Assembly: GCA_009103225.1 (NCBI GenBank)
Contig: RHPI01003516.1
Location: 1 to 21,784, forward strand
Origin: Chlorokybus atmophyticus
Lineage: Eukaryota > Plantae > Mesostigma and Chlorokybus algae
Direction of reading: 5' to 3'
DNA length: 21,784 bases
Numbering within the stretch: the first letter of the stretch is position 1; the number at the start of each line of letters is the position of its first letter. Made by a program: the position numbers and the translations under genes. This document shows, piece by piece, positions 9,942 through 18,340 of this stretch. Under the pieces are notes generated by a model. The model saw nothing but the letters and a program-made list of their open reading frames with translations. It did no database searches and was not told the DNA's origin.

Positions 9942-12900
9942 ATGTCCAAGCGAAAGCTCGTTCCCCTTGGCCAGTTTAAGCCTGCAGGTAATAAGTAATG
10001 TATGCTTGTTCAGCATGATTATCGTTAACATGTGGTAACACTGGTCATGCACACAGACAAGAAGCACAAGGGTTCAGCGCACAAGACGGAACCTGCTAAG
10101 AAGGAAGCTGTCCTGCAGAAACCCTGCAAGAAATCAAGTAATGTAGCGCTGTTCCAGCTGACCATACCAACGCATGCTCACTGCGGTTGTTTGCCACCAT
10201 TGTTGCAATAACACTGTCTATTGCAGACCTTTTTGACACGACAAAGGCTCAGTTGCTGGAGGGGTTCAATAATTGGCGGAAACTAAGGGAGGAGGAGAAG
10301 GCTGGGAAGGCGAAGATGTCCACAGAATACAGTTGGGATGTCGTGGTTGAAGTTATGCAGAAGAACCTGAATGAAGATCCTCGCTTGCTTGAGCTCGACA
10401 AGAACTTGCAGATCTGCCTACGGAAGTTCGTGGAGGACCAGCTCAGGCTATGTGATCCGGAGGCAGCTGCTAGGGGTATGGACCTCGGGCATTTTGGCCT
10501 TGAAGATGTTGTTACCGATAATGACATCCATGAAAAAACGAAGACAAAGTGGGGAAAGAAATTCTCTGACTGGAGGAAAGCGAAGGCGAAGAGCAAGAAC
10601 CTCATGTCATGGGGTGAGCTGGTGGTCTTTATCAAGAAAGCGCTGTGCAAACCAGACTTGGCTTCCCTCAATCGAGAATGGAGGCTCAAGCTACGGCAGT
10701 ATGTGGAGGAAGAGCTAAGGCTATGTGATCCAGAGGCAGCTGCTATGGGCATCGACATCGGGGAATACGGTCTTGACTACGAAACAGAGGCGCCCAAGCA
10801 GCAAGTGGAGGCCCAAGCCAAGCAGCAAGCCGACGCGGAGGCCAAGCAGCAAGCGGATGCTGAGGCCAAGCAGCAAGCCGACGCGGAGGCCCAGCAGAAA
10901 GCTGAGGCCCCACCCAAGTCCCAGACTGCACAAATGCAGAAAGGGCCTCGACCTGAAGCCGGTACCTCTGCTTCTGCTGTTGAACCAGAAGACGGTCTAC
11001 CTCCAGCAGAAACGGAGGGCGAGTTAGAGCTGGTTGGGCTGTTGCATGATAAACACCGGCTTCGGCTTTTCGATGCCTATGCAGATGGGAATTGCTTCTA
11101 TGCCTGCCTTGCCCAGTCGCGCCCTCGCGTGAACGCTGCGTGCTTGACACGCGCGAACGCAGCGGACAACGGGTCTTTCTGGCGAAGCATTGTGCTGGAC
11201 AATGGCAAGCAGCTGCCAACAAGAGAGCAAGCGCAAAAGCTTCGGAAGATCTGTGCTGAGCAGGTCAACCTTTATTGGTTGCTGGAGTATCGCAACTACG
11301 GGGCCTGTGGTGACATGGGCTAGGATTACAAAAAGATGGCCAGGAAATATGGCGTAACCAGGGCACTTAACAAAAAGCAACTCAAGACTAAGCAAGATGA
11401 AGACAACGCTGTAGAGGCTCTGCAGAAAGTGATCGCTGAAGATAGCGTTTATGCCGATCAACTGCAAGTGGCGATCATGGCGCACGCTCTTGGCATTCAC
11501 ATAGGTACTGTGCAGCTCACTGAGGTTGCCGACGAGAAGCAGTACTGCTGGGAAGCAGAGCACAAGGGCGGCCTCATCGAAGGCGATGACGGGAGGTACT
11601 ACACAGTGGATGCCAAGGGAGAGAAGCATTCCGTCAAACCTGTAGTGGTGGTTGGCGAGGATGTTATCGATGTGGCTGGCCATATAATCATTGGCAACAC
11701 GGATCCAAGCAAGCCCAGCGCGCATTACATGTCTGTTGGTGATGCAAATGGTATACTCTCTTGGCAGCGCAGCGACATGCCACCAGAAGTCCTGCGCTGC
11801 ATGTACCCTGCAGATGCCGAGCCCCAGCCCCAGCCCCAGCAGCAAGCCCAGCCCCAGCCCGAGCCGCAGCCCCAGCCCCAGCCCAAGCAGCAAGCCGAGC
11901 CCCAGCCCAAGCAGCAAGCTGATGCCGAGGCCAAGCAGGCCAAGCAGGAGGCCAAGCAGCAGGCCAAGCAGCGGCAGGAGGCGGAGGCCAAGGCCAAGCT
12001 GGATGAGGACAATGCCAAGCAGCGGCAGGAGGAGGCCGAGGCCAAGCAGAGGCAGGAGGCGGAGGCCAAGGCCAAGCAGGATGAGGCCAATGCCAAGGCC
12101 AAGCAGAGGCTGGAGGCCGAGGCCAAGCAGCAGCAGGAGGAGGCCAAGGCCAAGCAGGATGAGGCCAATGCTAAGGCCAAGCAGGAGGAGGCCGAGGCCA
12201 AGCAGAGGCAGGAGGCGGAGGCTAAGGCCAACGAGGCTAAAGACCAGCAAAGGCAGGAGGCTGAGGCCAGGAGCCAGCAGGAGGCTGGCGCTATGCAGGT
12301 TGATGCCGCTGTTGAGGAGGAGGCTGATGCTATCAGTGATATGTCAATTGACATCAGCACCGCAGCAACCAGTGACACCAGTGACACCAAGAAACGCAGA
12401 CGCCGCCCGTCACGCCGCCAACAGCGAGCTGCTTTGCAAAGGGACAACACGCCTTCCGGTGCTTTCCAGAAGCTGCATCGTGTGCAACAGGGGGAGCGCA
12501 CCGTGGACGAATATCACGCGCAGTTTGCACAATTGTGCGGGGTGGCAAACACCTGCGTTGAGCTGGTGCCTAAGGCCCTTAAACTACAACTGTTTCTCCA
12601 GGGACTCAGGAAAGTAGTGCGCATTGGCGTGCCCAAGGGTCCTTGCAACCAAGATTGGAATGCTGATCAGTTCGATTTGCTTGTGTCGGCTGCCAAGACT
12701 TATGAACGGACCTTGCTTGTTAAACAGCAAGCACACCTCCTAGATCGTTCAAAGTTTGAGTTAGGCAAAGCAAGGCCAAGCAGGTTGCAGAAATTGGAAC
12801 GACTGGAACAAATCAGCAGTCGTCGGGAGGGCAAGAAGCTGGCACATCAAGCTGCATATCAGCGTGAGCAGGAGATGATAGCTGCACAGGAGACCCTTGA

Positions 12901-13054
12901 GCAGCAGGAGCAGCTGCGTAAGCAGCTGAAGCGGCAGAAGGAGGAGGAGCGCCAACAGATAAAGCGAATGGCTCAGCAGGGAAAGGAGCAGCGGAAGCAG
13001 CGGCGGGAGCAGAAGGAAACACAGCAGCAGCAGCAGCCGCAGCAGCAGAGGTAG
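9942..13054 (+). pseudogene. Multi-domain protein: duplicated N-terminal module + OTU cysteine protease + Q/P and EAKAKQ coiled coil + retrotransposon Gag capsid-like domain; one in-frame TAG
   Basis: Exons 9942-9987, 10057-10137 and 10227-13054 are phase-consistent and total 985 codons. ORFs 10187..11323 and 11336..13054 share a frame across TAG 11321-11323. OTU motifs: ADGNCFY (Cys 11093), YADQLQVAIMAHALGIHI, AHYMSV (His 11723). Gag-like segment KLHRVQQGERTVDEYHAQFAQL...LFLQGLR at about 12460-12610. Confidence 0.75.
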
Positions 13055-13287
13055 CTGTAACAGCAACCTCGAGGTTGTTCACTTCACGACTACCAGCTTT
13101 GCAGGTTGGAACACGCATGGACACTGCTTGTACAATAGCAAAAGTTGCAAGTATTGCTCTCGTTAACATCTGCTGCTGTTGTGTTTGCAGGAGCCTCTGC
13201 TACCTCACCATGCCTGTGCAGAATCTATCGTTCTCGCAGCGTAGGGCCAACCTCATGTGTAAGTGTATCTATTAATTCAAGCTGAAC

Positions 13288-13455
13288 ACAGAGGCATCTT
13301 CTAGATTTAGCCCTCTGTTTTCTCATTCCCGATTCGGGTCTGAGCTCATGCTGAATGCAGAGGCATCCTCGTGAATAAGCCCTCTGCTTGCTCATTCTGT
13401 CTTTGTATGCAGAGCGTAGGGGCATCACCCTGTGATTAAGCCCCCTTCTTGCTCA
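13288..13455. repeat. Three degenerate copies of a hairpin motif (AGAGG...CCTCT) also found at 9548-9771 and 14458-14490
   Basis: ACAGAGG/CCTCTGT (13288-13318), GCAGAGG/CCTCTGC (13357-13387), AGGGG/CCCCT (13418-13446), with loop consensus CATCCTCGTGA(A/T)TAAG. Confidence 0.75.
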
Positions 13456-14177
13456 CTTTCTTGCCCCCTTCTTGCCTGTGCCACCTGCTTTCGCTGCTAA
13501 CCAGCAGGAAGTGGAGGTGTTCTTCCAGGTGACATGACAGGAGCTTGACATGACAGGATAGAGGAAAGACAATCTCGTGGTCTTTGTACAGGATAGAGTG
13601 TGTTAGCTTTAGCTGCCTGTCTGTGTGTGTTGAAGGATTGCAGCAAAATGCAATCACCCACATCTGCCTGTCCTTGTATGCTTAGGATCATCCCGACTGC
13701 ACGCGGGTTCACTGCGAACGCACCGCCTTGGGAGCCTTGCTGGCTGCTGTTTGTATGCAGTCACGGCGCACAGGTAAGTGTGACAGCACTTGTAGAGTGG
13801 AGGTGGTAACAGAAGTCCGCAGTAAGTCATGAGGTATGCATCGCTCTCGTGCATATACTAACTGTGATTGCATTTCACCTTCTCAACCACCTCCAGCCTC
13901 TGCATGGAACTTGTTGGTCGCGATCTGCTCCAGGGCTTTTGGATGGACGGCGGTTGTACCTGCCGCTGGGGTTGGGTTGCTGTTTGTGATATGGCAACTC
14001 AGGCTGGCAGTCCTTCTCCCCCCACCCACCCGAGAGAACACCTCTTGCTGCTGTTGACATGCCGCCCTCGTACTGGCACGCCCTCGTACTGGCCCCGGCA
14101 ACCGCTGAAACCGGGCATGTGTCCAAAGATTGCACGCAACCAAAGGCATGCGCACAGCAACCTAGAAGTTCTCCTTC

Positions 14178-14386
14178 TCCGCCCACCCACCCGACACAAA
14201 ACCTCCTGCGGGTTTACTGCGAACGCAGGATGTGGTCCTGCAGAGCCGTCTCGCGCAAGTCACGTACTGTAGACTTTGTGCACATGCTCAGAGCCTCTGG
14301 TTCATGACTTTCGCGAGTCAGCTTTGGTTGGACCATACCCTGCGTTCGCAGTGAACCCGCAGGAGGTCTAGTCTCGGGTGGGCGGA
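14178..14386. repeat. Inverted repeat / MITE-like foldback
   Basis: 14202-14229 and 14339-14366 are reverse complements with 1 mismatch in 28. Outer TCCGCCCACCC(ACCC)GA / TCGGGTGGGCGGA extends the arms. A third 20-bp core copy lies at 13703-13722. Confidence 0.85.
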
Positions 14387-14605
14387 CGGCGCAGCAGGGC
14401 ATGAAGGTGCTCTGGAAGAGACCTTGCCCAATAGGTCAGTCTTTCCCGTGCTGGCAAACAGAGGCATCCTCGTGATTAAGACCTCTTGCTGACTTTATTG
14501 CATCGCTCATTCTGTTGTTGGGTTTGAGTTCAGGCTAACAAAGTGGCCAGCAATCAAGAGCTACCTCTACCTTTCAGTAAAAAGGAGGGTAATCAACAGT
14601 GAAGC

Positions 14606-16321
14606 CTATTGCTCCAGCAACAGCCTGCCTACATGTTCGGAGTAAGTTGGTGGAATGGCATTCTTGACTTCCGATTCCGCATCCATCCACTCCACCTGCA
14701 TGGCAGACTGCCACCCTGCAATCGTGCCACGGCAGGATGCTTGGCCGTACACCGGGTAAATTTGCCTCTCCCCAGGTAGCAACTGCCGGCGCTGCTCCGG
14801 GTGGGTGGCCAGCTCTCCAAGTGCACAACCAGTGTGGTTGCATTTCAAGTCTGAGTGCAGTGGAGGGTTTGTCTCGAAGATGCGATGACGATACACATCC
14901 AACTTGAACATGGTGCCACACAGCTTCAGGTGAGTTGTCATGTGTCCTGATGCGCCTGCGACATTCTCTATCACCCATGGCTTGCCGCTCAACTGCAACT
15001 TGGCTCTTATGGGGTCAATCAGGTTTACGTGCTCCCATCGATTGCCGTACGCGGAGCGCTGTGTAGTGGGAATGGCCCCACTTAGAGCTTGACATGGAGG
15101 ACTTGCCCACACCGCAGCGTATGCTGTCGGGTCAGCGTCCATTGCATCCATCTGGCAGAACTTGAATGGGTATGACGGTTGTGGCTTGTTGTCGATGCCC
15201 TCAACATCAAACCCTGCCCTGTACAGACCCATGGCTACACCACCATCGCCGCAAAAGAGATCAAGTGCGCGCGGCCTGCAACGTCTTCCGTTTGAGTCTA
15301 TTGGTGTGCGTGTGATCAGAAGGGGTGGGGGCTTGGGCCATCGATCGAGCTCTCGACCAGGCAAGTCTTGCAGTTTCAGACAGCTTTGACCACCAACACG
15401 AACCATTACGTCGTAACCCTCACGCACAGATGCCATGTTCCAGTTCTTTATCAAGATGTGGTGCAGCCGTGGGTCCACAACGAAATCGTCGTACTTGATG
15501 GTATGTTTTCCTGAGCCACATGTTTGCCTGAGCCGGTGCTTGCATGAGCGTGCGCATGTAAATACTCTGCAGTATACCTGTGTTGGCATCAAAAGTGATG
15601 ATGTGGCCTGCATACCAGGAGCTCATTCCTGGCCAGTACACCACAACGCGGCATGCTACCAAAGACTGCCCCTCATCAACAATCTCCTTCCGCTAAGCAG
15701 CCAGTGTCGCAACATCGTCGACAACCGCGTTCCCCTTTGGCATTCAAGAGTAAGTTGGTCATGCATGCAAGCGCTGTTTTGCTGTTTGCAAGGGCAGTTC
15801 AACTCGACAACCGCCAAGCAGCCAGTGTCGCGACATCGTCGACAACCGCGTTCCCCTTTGGCATTTAAGAGTAAGTTGGTCATGCATGCAAGCGCTGTTT
15901 TGCTGTTTGCAAGAACAGTTCAACTCACCCTGTTGTTGACATCGTCTTCGATTACAGTGGACTTGCCGCGACCGTTGCGCACGAGCTGACGTCGAACCAC
16001 ATTGCACATCTGCCCATTGTGATATGCTCCAGGCCGTGCCCAAGGCAGGTGATTCATGGGCTCGCCGTTCCACTCAAACTTGGAAAGCGAGCACTGCAGG
16101 CGAGTGCACTCCTCCCAAAAGAAATCTGGCCTCATGCATTGTGCCAGCAGTCTGCATTGCCTCACATTGTCCCCCCTTGCCTTGTGGTGCCAGCAGGCTT
16201 CATAGAAGCCATACTGCTCACTGTACAGCTTGCACTTCTCTTCATGCTGTTGCAGACGTCTGTTGTTGCCATTCCTAACCAAGTATGCTTTGCAGAAGCT
16301 ACACACTTTGACGCCGCGCAT
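14606..16321 (-). CDS. C2HC zinc finger - Tudor - C5 cytosine DNA methyltransferase fusion (470 aa)
   Basis: Exons 16321-15929, 15692-15578 and 15510-14606 total 1413 nt in one open frame with GT-AG introns. Motifs: I LDLFCGDGG, II GIDN, IV WASPPCQ, VI IENV, VIII RHRIF, X NAIPP. Tudor: LVACRVVVYWPGMSSWYAGHIITFDANTG|KHTIKYDD. Zinc finger: CSFC-x15-H-x3-C. Confidence 0.9.
15693..15928 (-). repeat. Tandemly duplicated intron (period 121) inside the methyltransferase gene
   Basis: The two copies align closely. The internal acceptor (TAG>TGG) and internal donor (GTGAGT>GTCGAGT) are mutated. Confidence 0.85.
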
Positions 16322-16611
16322 GCTGGCGCCACGCTACCTGGCACACAAACCCTAGAAGCTAATGCACTGGACGGAAGAAGAAAAGGAGCATGTACGCAAA
16401 TTGTGGAGCATATCCGGATTGACTTTCTGGCTTGTTTTGAATCGGGATTGGATGTGTCCTAAACCCTTAATTTACAGTAGGCAGTCATGACGGTGGCGAC
16501 GGCGGCGGTGTCAGCGGCGGCAGCGTGCCTGCAGGTCTTTGCTTTGGCTGTATGGAAGTTGATTGGAAGTTGCTTGCAGTATGTTGGCTGACTGCTTTTG
16601 ATGTTTGTAGC
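16322..16611. promoter_or_regulatory. Putative bidirectional promoter shared by the methyltransferase and transposase genes
   Basis: Divergent ATGs are 290 bp apart. Candidate 5'-UTR introns lie at 16535-16610 (+) and 16395-16338 (-), leaving a core of about 16400-16480 that contains CTAAACCCTTAA. Confidence 0.55.
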
Positions 16612-18109
16612 ATGAGCTACTTTCGCAGGTGTTTTTGCCGCGACTGCAAAGGGAGCAAAGTGTTCACACACAACCACATTAGAAGGGCTGAATATCATGA
16701 AAACTTTGGCAAAAACATGTGGTGTGGCACTCCAGAAGCTGTTGCTCCTGAATACCGTGATCGACTACAACCCCATGAACTTGAAGAAGCTGATGCTGCT
16801 GTTGCTGCTGCATCCTTACACATGTCGTCAGGTACAAGAGCAACTTCTCTACAGCTGTGAATCTATACAACAGGCTGTCTGATCATTGATCTGGCTTGCC
16901 CCAGGTGAAGCTCTCCATGACACCGAACAATTGCTAGTTGGGAACGACGCTACTGAACATGTTGACACAGGCACGCCGTTGCAACCGAGTGTTGAATCTC
17001 CTTTCAATGTTGCAGCCAACTTGCAACCAGCAGGTACGACCTGACTTGCGTGGCATGTTGACATTGCGGATGCTGTGCCTCTCATTGTTCATGTGCCACT
17101 AGACTCATTGCAGCTGGCAGGTTGTGATCCGTGTGCTCATGAAGGACAATGTGCTTATGGAGAACAACGCGGATCTCACCCAGCATTTTGTGGAATTGAG
17201 AATGCTACATTGCAAGAGCATTAAGGTGCCAGAACCAAATTATAAATGGACAAGTAGAGCCTGAGACGCCAGTGTACTGCACCTCCACTGCAGAGCAAGT
17301 CGATGCGGAGCAAGGTGATGCGGAGCAAGGTGATGTTGCCGGCGAAGACCAAGACTATGAAACCGATGTGGAATCGCAGCCGGACGAGGCTAAATGCGTT
17401 GATGATGCCATGCTACTTGACAAGGTGAATGCTGCGTTGCTGGATAATGCAAGCAACCCTGTTGTTTTCGGCTCTCGTACAACCCCTCTAGGCATTTCCA
17501 TGCTGCTATTGGTTCTGGCGCAGCTACATCGAATACCCTTTAATTTCATGAATAAACTGCTCAGGTTGGTGGGCAAATTACACTGCTGAATGCTGAAACA
17601 TCAGCCTGTTCAGAACTGATGTGTTTCTGTGTGCCAGGTTGTTGCGTGGCATCCTCTTGCCTAAGGAGAATAAGATGCCAGGCAGCATGCACGAGCTATT
17701 GAAATGCCTTGAAGGCCTCAACATGGGCTTCCACACATATGATGCCTGTCGCTGTGATCACATGTTGTATTGTGGCCGACATGCCAACAGGATACTTTGC
17801 AAAGGTGAGCAATTGTTGCAAATGTTCACTACAATGGGATTTGATTAGCATGTCCCATCAGCATACGACTTGCTTATGCAGTCTGCAAGGCCCCTCGCTA
17901 CCGCAACATAGGAGGTAGACAAGTTGCATGGAAGATTGGGCGTTACTTTGACGTGCCTGCTGCGCTGAGGGCTCTGTACCTAAAACCTAGTGTTGCTGCG
18001 GAGATGATGGCGCACACAAATCGAAGTCAGGATGGGATTATGCGATCTATACACGGTAACATTGCCAAGTTCAGTGGTAAATGAGGCACGACTGTGTGCA
18101 TGATTGTGT

Positions 18110-18340
18110 TGGTGAGCGGCTGGGGCAGTCCAATGCAAGCCCTCAGTGTCCGTGCCTTGTGCTTTTGTGTGCGTGGCGCTGAGGCGGCATGTAAGACCTC
18201 GGTGTCCTTGCCTGTGTTTGTTTGTGTGTCGGCGAGGTGCTGGGGCGTTATGTAAGACCTCAGTATCCAGCCTTGCGATTGTATGCATGTTTGAATGTGT
18301 TGTGGGGCTGGGGCAGTTGGTCGTAAGCCCTTGGTGTACT
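18110..18340 (-). repeat. Four copies of the ~70-bp minisatellite family, inverted, inside a transposase intron
   Basis: CTG(G/A)GGC...GTAAG(A/C)CCT(C/T)(A/G)GT(G/A)T(C/A)C units near 18136, 18191, 18252 and 18323 are the reverse complement of the 8566-8905 unit. Confidence 0.8.

Noticed and set aside
11024-12617. Long overlapping ORFs 11024..12250 (-), 11691..12617 (+) and 11725..12501 (-)
   Set aside because: They are shadow frames of the low-complexity Q/P/E/A/K repeat coding region (LGLGL, RPRPS, ASSC repeats) and have no independent domain signal.
12455-12720. Nested LTR retrotransposon
   Set aside because: No LTRs, PBS, protease, RT or integrase are visible; the Gag-like segment is in frame within a larger exon.
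14606-15510. Bacterial contamination, prophage or restriction-modification system
   Set aside because: The MTase exon is joined by canonical spliceosomal introns to Tudor and ZnF exons, and no endonuclease or phage genes are nearby.
17121-17225. Firm call of a third transposase exon
   Set aside because: It preserves phase but contains TAA, has a weak donor (GTGCCA) and lies in a non-conserved region. Skipping it also keeps the frame, so it is left optional.
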